Source of the DNA: a virus
IMG/VR virus record: IMGVR_UViG_3300022223_000001
Span: 4,805 to 68,804 of that record
Length of the DNA stretch: 64,000 nt
Reading direction: 5' to 3' (one strand)
The notes under the pieces are model-generated. The model was not told the DNA's origin and searched no databases. It was given only the letters and a program-made list of their open reading frames with translations. Shown piece after piece: positions 48,701-55,834 of this stretch. Within the stretch, counting starts at the first letter, position 1; every line of letters begins with the position of its first letter. Both the position numbers and the translations under genes were made by a program.

Positions 48701-48920
48701 GACTCTACGTGGTATGATCGATCTCGCGGGGGGCAGTTCCCGCTCGCTATCCAGTAGCAACGAAATAATGTTCCGACACAGCATTCCGGTCAGCTCAGTG
48801 CGCCGCATTCAGGTGCCGAGCGGTGCGCGAGCCCGCGTGCTGCAGATGCTCGATGATGCCGGGGTCGAGCAGGTCAACGGGATCCCGGTATCGGACTTCA
48901 TACAGTCGGGCTCCTACTGA
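45756..48920 (+). CDS. MuF/SPP1 gp7 minor head protein with long extension ending in an ADP-ribosyltransferase-like toxin domain
   Basis: RA.LIA.DQ..K, Y.WSTS.DERVR..H..L.G....W, HPG.D..CRC (MuF); P/A/K linker; C-terminal H...LLS...SVFTR...NEIMF...IP. Confidence 0.85.
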   Translation: MPTADQIAQLRVRRLVSEAAGRRVRPQANIAPQREPRAIRMRYLVALRGIVADIQRATKAAVVDKLPELFALLPAELRLDAPPDDGARGLMLELRSDVDGILSDKPLMTLSERIARDVSTFNRSEFSKQMKIAIGIDPFVADANLSSYVDGFVAENVALIKSIGSEQLGRVEGIVMRALRNGTRVETVRKEIQQSFGLSRKRAELIATDQVSKLNGQLTRSRQQQVGIEKYRWSTSRDERVRRRHRELEGTVHSWSRPPVVDAKTGRREHPGGDFRCRCEAIPVVDDLLEQLGIVPPSRPSRPAPKPVKRPAKTAPAAPVPSAASPKAPPATTPSPAPLSVQAAAKLQQARVIEAAKQAQAAADAAALEKARAAVVVQAEAKQAALDKVATAQAKAAAYKAELDAQKKVKAAAEKQAAVEAAAASHKTAFEALATHGADPEVALKALLGIAQKEPEAFAQLYNLIIKGGKGLSPKYLKNLPKSKGKDAKKILTKLGFELAPPKPKWDKPYPPIEPAPLQQFSFQVVDGSGFQWHDVYSADGQTKFAFIKRIGDEWVVDPPADLKAKGWDKLTWQGTDEGKSFAVSYAIDVSEAIKASKLAPAKSAGAAAFTPAPKAIGWSGKWKGRRDVKVGADPAKDLAKRFRDGRSGTAVAGDGEWIEDFNIQIQQEIVDGRPEFVARFKVNEHKGASFRKAMETAGGRPAAFQFSGLDSLGSERLVKDLSKLQDAPGSHQGLRAVDVEGALVEFQRGVARGSQVSAMHNAVEVRLPMPDDLQEGYRHFARVMQKLGVDVTKGPNKRAIDTWKKAKLMSVTEGAREDLAALRSRGPLKVNELWERHATPELRELLEDVQLREVSPGKVAPYSPKLAQQLKDSGATHLVHHSSADAVELLEQVLVKDGQNALLSSRERYNRGLFFRGMSTSTDFETGGADSVFTRMRRGAPEASAGVQFEIDPGELGRLDAYMFNSDEFGRTGPDHVRRRETLRGMIDLAGGSSRSLSSSNEIMFRHSIPVSSVRRIQVPSGARARVLQMLDDAGVEQVNGIPVSDFIQSGSY

Positions 48921-49246
48921 TGTTTGATTGGCCCGAGGCGGTGGTGATCGACGCGCCCAATGGGGCGGCCCTGGCTGGTTTGCGTCCGCGGTACATGGCG
49001 GACGACGAGACGCAGACGCAGGTACTGGAGTGGCACGAGGGCGGGCATGTGCGAATCCGGGAGCTCGCCCGCGTGGTCGAAGACACGCCCGAGCGCTTCG
49101 TGGCAGAGACCACCAGCGGGGAGCTCTGGACGATCGAGAAGATGACGCTCGAGCGCTATCGCGAGCGGGTGCGGGAGCACACCGTCGGGAAGCCGGACTT
49201 CGAGACCGAGGCCGAGATGCTCGAGGCGATGCGAAGGGAGTGGTGA
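48920..49246 (+). CDS. Putative immunity protein of the MuF toxin
   Basis: 108-aa acidic ORF with TGATG overlaps on both sides. Confidence 0.55.
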   Translation: MFDWPEAVVIDAPNGAALAGLRPRYMADDETQTQVLEWHEGGHVRIRELARVVEDTPERFVAETTSGELWTIEKMTLERYRERVREHTVGKPDFETEAEMLEAMRREW

Positions 49247-49818
49247 TGCAGAGAGACCGTGGGGACTTATGGGATTGGCACGATGCCGGCTACCGGATCG
49301 TCGTCAGCACAAACATCGGGTACTGCCCGAAGACGTTCAGGAACAACATGGGGGCGGGCATCGCGTGGCAGGCAGCGCGCCGCTACCCGGGGCTGCCCGA
49401 TTGGTACGGCCGCCAGTGTGCGGAGCGCGGAGCCGAAACGCCGGTGCTTGAGCGCGAGGACTTGCGGCTGGTCTTCTTCCCGGTCAAGCCGTTTCGCCCG
49501 GAGGATCCCGAGCGCGGCTGGGCACAGAATGCGAGCCTCGATCTGATCGCGGACCGCGCGCGCCAGCTGGGAGTGATTGCGACAGCTGGGGCACCAATCG
49601 CGATGAGCACCGTCGGAGCTGGTCCGAAGGGGAGCGGAGGCGGCCTTGACCCGCGAGAGGTCGAGGAACTCCTGCAGCGTGAACTCGGCGAGTCGAGCGA
49701 AAGGGTTGTGCTTGTCGAGTACGACCCGCAAGCAAGCCGTGTGATTCCGGCGCTCGCAATCTCGGCTCCGGGTCGAACACGTGGCGCCAAGCCGCGCCGC
49801 GTTGCTGCGCGTCGTTGA
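49246..49818 (+). CDS. Macrodomain protein (DarG/TARG1-like ADP-ribosyl hydrolase)
   Basis: GDLW, VV..N, MGAGIA..A..RYP, FPVK...W...A.L..I, IAM..VG.G..GGL....V..LL. Confidence 0.8.
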   Translation: MQRDRGDLWDWHDAGYRIVVSTNIGYCPKTFRNNMGAGIAWQAARRYPGLPDWYGRQCAERGAETPVLEREDLRLVFFPVKPFRPEDPERGWAQNASLDLIADRARQLGVIATAGAPIAMSTVGAGPKGSGGGLDPREVEELLQRELGESSERVVLVEYDPQASRVIPALAISAPGRTRGAKPRRVAARR

Positions 49819-49843
49819 CTGAGCGTCATACGCGGTCAATAGT
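49815..49843 (+). promoter_or_regulatory. Sigma70-like leaderless promoter for the Tat-signal gene
   Basis: TTGACT-N17-AATAGT-N6-ATG(49850); TTGAC...GTCAA inverted repeat. Confidence 0.5.
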
Positions 49844-49849
49844 CGCTTC

Positions 49850-50416
49850 ATGCAGCTGAGCCGCCGCCGCTTCCTCACCAGCCTCGGGGCCGGCGCTGCC
49901 GCTGGCCTGGTGTCGCTCGCAGCCCCCGCCCCGGTACGCCGCTTCTGGCAGGTGCCGCGCGGGGCGCCGGTGAAGGGGCCAAGCGACCTCGACTGGTACG
50001 CGGTGGTGGGAGACGACGGGCGCATCGTGGCCTCGCCAGATGGCGTGAGGTGGATGGCCACCGGCATCGACGACGAGCGCGTGCGGCCGGGGCACGGCGC
50101 ACTCGATGGCTCGCCGCCGAAGTGGGGCGCGATGCCGCCGGGGCCATCCGCTCTTGTGACCGGCCACGTGCGCGTTGCCCAGCCAAGCGCGGAGGAAATC
50201 GCGCGGAAGTTGGCGATGGAGATCAGCCACGCGGTACGCGACCGGCTGGGCGATTTCCTCGGCGCTGCCCCCCTGAACTTCTCCGACAGCGACGAGGTGA
50301 AGCGGCAAGTGCTCGCTGAGCTCTACGACCGCTTGCCGCCCGTTCAGCCAAGCATCAAGGCCAGCGCCCGCGGCCGGCTGGTCGACATCAGCGTCGACTT
50401 CGACGTGACCGTCTAG
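49850..50416 (+). CDS. Twin-arginine (Tat) signal protein
   Basis: MQLSRRRFLTSLGAGAAAGLVSLAA. Confidence 0.65.
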   Translation: MQLSRRRFLTSLGAGAAAGLVSLAAPAPVRRFWQVPRGAPVKGPSDLDWYAVVGDDGRIVASPDGVRWMATGIDDERVRPGHGALDGSPPKWGAMPPGPSALVTGHVRVAQPSAEEIARKLAMEISHAVRDRLGDFLGAAPLNFSDSDEVKRQVLAELYDRLPPVQPSIKASARGRLVDISVDFDVTV

Positions 50417-50430
50417 CGGCCGACCCAGCC

Positions 50431-50456
50431 GGGGTCAGTTTACGCCTGCCTACGGT
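50431..50456 (+). promoter_or_regulatory. Putative phage late promoter (protease/capsid operon)
   Basis: GGGGTCAGTTTA-N8-TACGGT-N6-ATG. Confidence 0.6.
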
Positions 50457-50462
50457 GACGGC

Positions 50463-51998
50463 ATGACGCCGTCGGCGCAGGAAGGTCACCAGCGATTCGA
50501 CTTTGCCCAGATCGGCCAGGTCGAGGTGCTGCCCTCCGGCGCGCTCCGGATCCCGGCCACGCTCGGCCGGGTCGGCGTCCTCGAGTACCGCCGCGGCGGC
50601 CAGGTGGTGCGCGAGCTGCGGCCGCCCGACGAAGTGTTCAGGGCCGACTCGGTGGCGACGTATTCGGGCGCCTTCGCGACCGACCTGCACCCGCCCCGCG
50701 ACAAGGCCTGGATCACCACCAAGAACTGGAAGGACTGGGCGGTCGGCTACGTCAGCGACGGCGTGCGGCAGGACGGCAACCACCTGCGGGGCACCCTCAT
50801 CGTCCACGACGAGAAGATGATCGGGCTGATCCAGGGCGGCGAGCGCCGAGAGCTGTCGCCCGGCTACATCTGCCTGAAGCTCGACGAGACGCCGGGCAAG
50901 TTCAACGCCGCCACCGGCGACTACGGGCCCGATGTGGCCGAGGGCCAGCCCTACGACGTGGTGCAGCGCAGCATCGTCTACAACTCGGTGGGCATCGGCC
51001 CCCGGGGATGGGGCCGGCAGGGCAGCGAAGTTGCGCTGCGACTCGACGGCGCCGACGACGATGCAGACCTGGGCGTCCTGCGCCTGGACGGCACGGCGCT
51101 CGGCGACTTCCTCAGCTCGCGGATGCGTCAGCTCAATAAGTCGCTCGCGGACCTGGCCGCGGAGACCGGAATCCTCGCGCCCAAGCAGCCCGAGGATCAG
51201 CCGCTACTGCGCAGCGGGCCGCGCCCCAACCGCACGTACATCCTCGAAGCGATCCTCGACGGCTGGACCGACCGGCCGAGCGACGCGCAGCTCAAGGCGC
51301 TCGCCAAGGCGCTCGAGGTCGACCTCGACGAACTCATCAAGCTCATCCCCGACGAGCTCCAAAAGCTCGACGGCGGTGTCACCCCCGAACCCAAGCAAGA
51401 GAGCACGACGATGGAAATGATCGAAATCCGCCTGGACGGCCTCACGGTCTCGGTGCCCAAGCAGGCGGCCGAGATCATCAACAAGGCGATCGACGAGCGC
51501 GACTCGAAGATCAAGGCGCTCACCGACGCCGGCAGCGAGAGCAAGGCGCGGCTGGACGGACTGACCGAGCAGCTCGGCGCCGCCGAGATGCTGCTCGAGG
51601 AGTTGCCCGGCCAGCTGCGCGGAGAACTCGCCGCGCGCAGCAAGCTCGAGGACCAGGCGCACTCGGTCCTGGGCAACGACCCCGACGGTCGCCCCGTCAA
51701 CCTGGACGGCAAGAGCGACCGCAAGGTCCGCGAGATGGTGCTCGCCGCCATCGCGCAGAAGGCCGGCGGCACCGAGCTGAAGCTCGACGGCGAGGACGAC
51801 ACCTACGTGCGCGTCCGCTTCGACGTGGCGATGGAGAATTTCAAGGCGCCCGACGCCAGCGCAAAGGCCCGTGAGGCCGCGCTCGGCGGCACCAGCCCGA
51901 AGGTGCGCCAGGACGCTGGCAACGGTCCCGACCCGGTGGCCGCCCGCAACGCGATGATCGAGAAGCGCTCGAACGCCTGGAAGGGCCAGCCCAACTGA
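50463..51998 (+). CDS. Prohead protease/scaffold (DUF2213) with inserted XRE-HTH
   Basis: GRVGVLEY...ELRPPDEVF..DS, T.LHP, RELSPGY, YN.V.I..RG..G.EV.LRLD; HTH insertion; coiled-coil scaffold. Confidence 0.88.
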   Translation: MTPSAQEGHQRFDFAQIGQVEVLPSGALRIPATLGRVGVLEYRRGGQVVRELRPPDEVFRADSVATYSGAFATDLHPPRDKAWITTKNWKDWAVGYVSDGVRQDGNHLRGTLIVHDEKMIGLIQGGERRELSPGYICLKLDETPGKFNAATGDYGPDVAEGQPYDVVQRSIVYNSVGIGPRGWGRQGSEVALRLDGADDDADLGVLRLDGTALGDFLSSRMRQLNKSLADLAAETGILAPKQPEDQPLLRSGPRPNRTYILEAILDGWTDRPSDAQLKALAKALEVDLDELIKLIPDELQKLDGGVTPEPKQESTTMEMIEIRLDGLTVSVPKQAAEIINKAIDERDSKIKALTDAGSESKARLDGLTEQLGAAEMLLEELPGQLRGELAARSKLEDQAHSVLGNDPDGRPVNLDGKSDRKVREMVLAAIAQKAGGTELKLDGEDDTYVRVRFDVAMENFKAPDASAKAREAALGGTSPKVRQDAGNGPDPVAARNAMIEKRSNAWKGQPN

Positions 51999-52066
51999 GG
52001 CGCAACCCACTTCACTGCCAGACGACTCACTCAAACCGTCAACCGCCAGCCAGCTGAGATTCAACG

Positions 52067-52873
52067 ATGCCCGTACAGACCACCTACGCCACGAAGCCCG
52101 CGTCCCGCGCCGCGGGCATGGTCGCCAACGCGTTTGGCCCGCCCCAGTACGTTTCGCGTCCGCTGTCGACGCGGCAGCTCGAGGAGATCACCTTCGGTGA
52201 CGACGGCGGCGCCGAGCTCTACACCGTCACTATCGACGGGGTTGAGGTGGCCAACTACACCTCGACGGGGACCAACACCGCGACCCAGCTGCGCGACGAG
52301 ATCTACAACGACCTGGTCGCCGCCGGCATCGTGACCGAGCAGGTGAGCACCGACAAGCTGCTCATCGAGGCGCCCGGCGACGACGCGGCCGACGACTTCA
52401 CAATCGCGCTGTCGGCGGTGTCGGGCACGTTCTCGAAGACGCAGCTGGTGGCGCACGGCCAGGAAGTGCCCTTCGGCCTCGGCCTGGTGCGCGACGACCG
52501 CGCGCCGTCGGGCGGGCCGCGCAAGTGCCGACTGCCGCGCCTGGCCACCGACGTGACCGGGGGCTTGTTCCTCGGCGTCGCAGCGCAGAACGTGATGCGC
52601 GAGCCGAACGTCAACGGCTGGCCGCACCAGTCGATGCCCAACATCCTGCGCGTCGGCCACATCTACGTGGTCGTCGAAGCGCCCGCGGCCGGCGCCGGCA
52701 CCGAGGGCAAGAACCTCTTCATGCGCCACGCCTCCGGCGCTGGCGGCACCCAGCTCGGCGCGTTCCGCGAGGACGCCGACTCCGCGTCCGCCGTCGCGGT
52801 ACCGGGTCTTCGCGCGATGGAGGACTGGACCGCCGCCGGCACCGTCCTCGCCGAGTTCATCCCGCAGACCTGA
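52067..52873 (+). CDS. Head decoration/cement protein with inserted domain
   Basis: Between protease and MCP; QTTY...AG, VPFG.G.V, LRVG.IYV, G.QLGAFR. Confidence 0.75.
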   Translation: MPVQTTYATKPASRAAGMVANAFGPPQYVSRPLSTRQLEEITFGDDGGAELYTVTIDGVEVANYTSTGTNTATQLRDEIYNDLVAAGIVTEQVSTDKLLIEAPGDDAADDFTIALSAVSGTFSKTQLVAHGQEVPFGLGLVRDDRAPSGGPRKCRLPRLATDVTGGLFLGVAAQNVMREPNVNGWPHQSMPNILRVGHIYVVVEAPAAGAGTEGKNLFMRHASGAGGTQLGAFREDADSASAVAVPGLRAMEDWTAAGTVLAEFIPQT

Positions 52874-52935
52874 TCCTGACGGGGCCACGACTAGCACGCT
52901 TCTGACCAGATCCAATCAAGCTCACAGGAACACAG

Positions 52936-53940
52936 ATGAACTTCTTCGACATCGATTTCTCGACGCTCTCGCCGGCGCAGAGGCTGCAACTGGGCGCGGT
53001 CGCCAACGGGATGAACCTCGACGCCAACGAGACGGCGCTTCTCGAGCGGCAGCTGCGGCACATGGAGGCGCAGCTGTACGAGGTCGAGTACCCGGAGCTG
53101 CGCCACACGCGCTACATCCCGCAGGACACCTCGACGCCCGTTGGCGCCGAGTCGATCCTGTACCGGGTGATGGATCAGGTCCGAGCGGCCGCGCTCATCA
53201 CCGACTACGCGAACGACCTCCCGAACGTCGACGTGATCCTCAAGGAGTACCCGATCCCGATCAAGGGCTACGGCAACCACTACAAGTACTCCCTGCGCGA
53301 CCTGCAGCACGCAGCCTTCAGCGGTCAGCCGATCGACACGCTGCGCGCCCAGACCGCGCGCGACTCCATCGAACAGTCGCTCGACGAGGTCGCCTGCCTT
53401 GGCGAGCCGAGCGTGGGCATCAAGGGCTTCATCAACAACGACGCGGTGGACATCCTGACCGCCGCGACGGTCGGCGGTGACGTCACGTGGGCCGACAAGA
53501 TCAATGGCACCGGTGGTGCTGCGGCGGTGATCGCGGACATCTCGGAAATGCGGAACCACATGATCGTCGACACCGAGCAGCTCTACCGGCCCAACGCCTA
53601 CCTGCTTCCGACGGCGCTCTTCGAACTCATCAACACCACGCCGTTCAGCGCCAGCGGCGGCAGCGACCGGACCATCCTGGAGTGGTTCCGGCAGAACAAT
53701 CCCGGCGTCAGCATCGAAGGCTGGTGGAGGTTGGACAACGCCAACGCAGCGGGCACCGGCGGGCGCATCGTCGCCTACTTCCGTGACCCGCGCATCCTGG
53801 TCGAGAAGGCCGTGATGCCCTTCAATCAGCTGCCTCCGCAGGCCAAGTCGCTGGCCTTCATCATCAACTGCTGGGCGCTGACCGGCGGCACGCACATCTA
53901 CCGCCCAAAGGGCGTGGTCTTCATGGACGGCGCCAACTGA
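52936..53940 (+). CDS. Major capsid protein (DUF2184 type)
   Basis: RQL...E...YE..YP, DY.NDLP.VD, Y.YS..DL, GE....I.G.IN, TGG..IYRP. Confidence 0.9.
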   Translation: MNFFDIDFSTLSPAQRLQLGAVANGMNLDANETALLERQLRHMEAQLYEVEYPELRHTRYIPQDTSTPVGAESILYRVMDQVRAAALITDYANDLPNVDVILKEYPIPIKGYGNHYKYSLRDLQHAAFSGQPIDTLRAQTARDSIEQSLDEVACLGEPSVGIKGFINNDAVDILTAATVGGDVTWADKINGTGGAAAVIADISEMRNHMIVDTEQLYRPNAYLLPTALFELINTTPFSASGGSDRTILEWFRQNNPGVSIEGWWRLDNANAAGTGGRIVAYFRDPRILVEKAVMPFNQLPPQAKSLAFIINCWALTGGTHIYRPKGVVFMDGAN

Positions 53941-53994
53941 GGCGCTGGCCTGATCGCTCTGTTCTGCTGACCTCAAACCGCGACGAGAGACTCC

Positions 53995-54450
53995 ATGACT
54001 CGGACCATCATCAACAAGCGCAAGCACTCGCTGAAGACCGAGAACGGCGTGCTGCTACGCCCGGGCAAGAACGACCTGGGCGCGGCAAAGGTCGAGGCGC
54101 TCCGCAAGAGCGAGGCCGCCAGGACCTGGCACGAGCTCAGCTGGATCAGCGTGCAGAAGCCCCCGCCCGAGAGCCTCGGCGCGGACCTCGGCGGCGACGA
54201 GGAGAGCGACTCCCCACTGCGCAGCCTGAACGCCAAGGAAGCGATCGCCATGGTCGCGTCGGTGGAGGACGCCGAAATGCTGCTCGGCATCCTCGACGAC
54301 GAGAAGCGCAGCACGGTGCGCTCCGCCATCGAGCGACGTCTCGACGAACTTACGGCCGCCAGCGGCGAGGGCGGCGGTCAGGGCGACGAGAGCGACAGCG
54401 GCGCAGGGGCCAGCGAAGGCGGCGAGGGCTCGGCCCCTGGCGACGGCTGA
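53995..54450 (+). CDS. Post-capsid accessory protein (HeH/Rho-N-like C-terminus)
   Basis: L.PG.N, then L.A.EAI..V...EKR.TV..AI..RL. Confidence 0.6.
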   Translation: MTRTIINKRKHSLKTENGVLLRPGKNDLGAAKVEALRKSEAARTWHELSWISVQKPPPESLGADLGGDEESDSPLRSLNAKEAIAMVASVEDAEMLLGILDDEKRSTVRSAIERRLDELTAASGEGGGQGDESDSGAGASEGGEGSAPGDG

Positions 54451-54470
54451 CGCCCGTCAGGACCTAAGCC

Positions 54471-54758
54471 GTGGCCGTCACCTACGCCCAGTTCATCATC
54501 GACTTCCCTGAGTTCGCCAGCGCGCCTCAGCCGGTGGTCGAGTATGAGCTGGGCGTCGCTGCGCGCTCGGTCAACTCGGCGATGTTCGCCGAGCAGGCCA
54601 ACGACGCGATCGCGCTGCTCGCCGCGCACAAGATGGCGCTGCGCCCCGGCGGCGAGTTCGCCCGGCTCCAGACCAAGGACGGCACGGCCAAGACCACGTT
54701 CGGCGAGCAGTACAAGGAGATGCTCACGCACGTCGCGCCGGGGGACAGGGTGCCGTGA
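54471..54758 (+). CDS. Head-tail adaptor (DUF4054)
   Basis: F...FPEF, L.AAH.MAL, T.FG..Y. Confidence 0.8.
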   Translation: MAVTYAQFIIDFPEFASAPQPVVEYELGVAARSVNSAMFAEQANDAIALLAAHKMALRPGGEFARLQTKDGTAKTTFGEQYKEMLTHVAPGDRVP

Positions 54759-54759
54759 C

Positions 54760-55245
54760 GTGGGTCGCACGCGCGTCAAGGTGGTGGACCGCGACCGGGG
54801 CTTCAAGCGCATCCGGCGCGAGCTGAGGTCTCGGCGAATCGAGATCACCGTCGGGGTCCAGGGCCCGCTGGGGGCTGCCGTCCATGGCGGCAGCGGCGAC
54901 GCCACGGTGGCCGACATCGCGGCCTTCAACGAGCTGGGCCTGGGCGTGCCGGAGCGTTCGTTTCTGCGCTCCACGTTGGACGCCAACGCGAAGAAGTACC
55001 GCAAGCTGCTCGCCGGCGTCGGCCAGGCCGCCATTGATGGCCGGGTCACGCTCGAGCAGGGGGCTGGCATCGTCGGCGAGGTGGCGGTGGGTGACGCCAA
55101 GCAGGCCATCGCGGATGGCATCCCACCGCCCAACGCACCATCCACCATCGAGCGCAAGGGCAGCAGCCGCACGCTGATCGACACCGGTCAGATGCGTAGC
55201 GCCATCACGAAGCAGGTGAAGATCACCAAGGCGGGAGGGTCGTAG
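54760..55245 (+). CDS. Neck/tail completion protein (HK97 gp10-like)
   Basis: VGV, A.IA..NE.G..VPERSFLR, PPNAPSTI.RKGSS.TLIDTGQMR. Confidence 0.8.
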   Translation: MGRTRVKVVDRDRGFKRIRRELRSRRIEITVGVQGPLGAAVHGGSGDATVADIAAFNELGLGVPERSFLRSTLDANAKKYRKLLAGVGQAAIDGRVTLEQGAGIVGEVAVGDAKQAIADGIPPPNAPSTIERKGSSRTLIDTGQMRSAITKQVKITKAGGS

Positions 55246-55246
55246 C

Positions 55247-55834
55247 GTGGCAACGCCGATGGATTGGACGCCGGTGTGGAACGGTATTCGCGACTGGGTG
55301 GTGGCGGTGACGGGCCTGCAGGCGAGCGACGTCAACTGGCGCGACTGGCCGCAGAAGTTTGCCGGCCCAACGCAGGTGCGGCTGAACCCGCTCGCGGCGC
55401 CGATGGTCGACACCGAGCTGTCCTACAGCGACACCGGCACCGACCTCGAGGCGGCGCAGGAGGGGCTCACGCTGCTCACGGTCTCGATCGCCGTGCGCAG
55501 CCGCAGCCAGGACCCGGCCAAGTTCGGCCTGCGCGAGGCGAAGCTCCTCGAGGCCGCCATCGTCGATACCGAGGAGCTGGTCGCGCTCGAAGCGCTGTGC
55601 GTCTACCCGGCCCGGGTGGCGCGCGGCGTGCAGATCGGCGCCTACGAGTGGGACGGACGCATGGAGCAGCTGTGCACGCTCGACATCGAGTTCGCGGTGT
55701 CGACCACCCAGGCGATGGGGCCCGTCGGGTGGTTCGACCATGTCGAGGTCAGTTCAGACACGAGCAACGTAGACGGGTCGCCGCTACCGGCTGAACTGCA
55801 GCTCTCGAAAAAGCAGGTTGGACCGCCGCCATGA
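55247..55834 (+). CDS. Tail terminator
   Basis: Position before sheath; size and composition. Confidence 0.65.
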   Translation: MATPMDWTPVWNGIRDWVVAVTGLQASDVNWRDWPQKFAGPTQVRLNPLAAPMVDTELSYSDTGTDLEAAQEGLTLLTVSIAVRSRSQDPAKFGLREAKLLEAAIVDTEELVALEALCVYPARVARGVQIGAYEWDGRMEQLCTLDIEFAVSTTQAMGPVGWFDHVEVSSDTSNVDGSPLPAELQLSKKQVGPPP

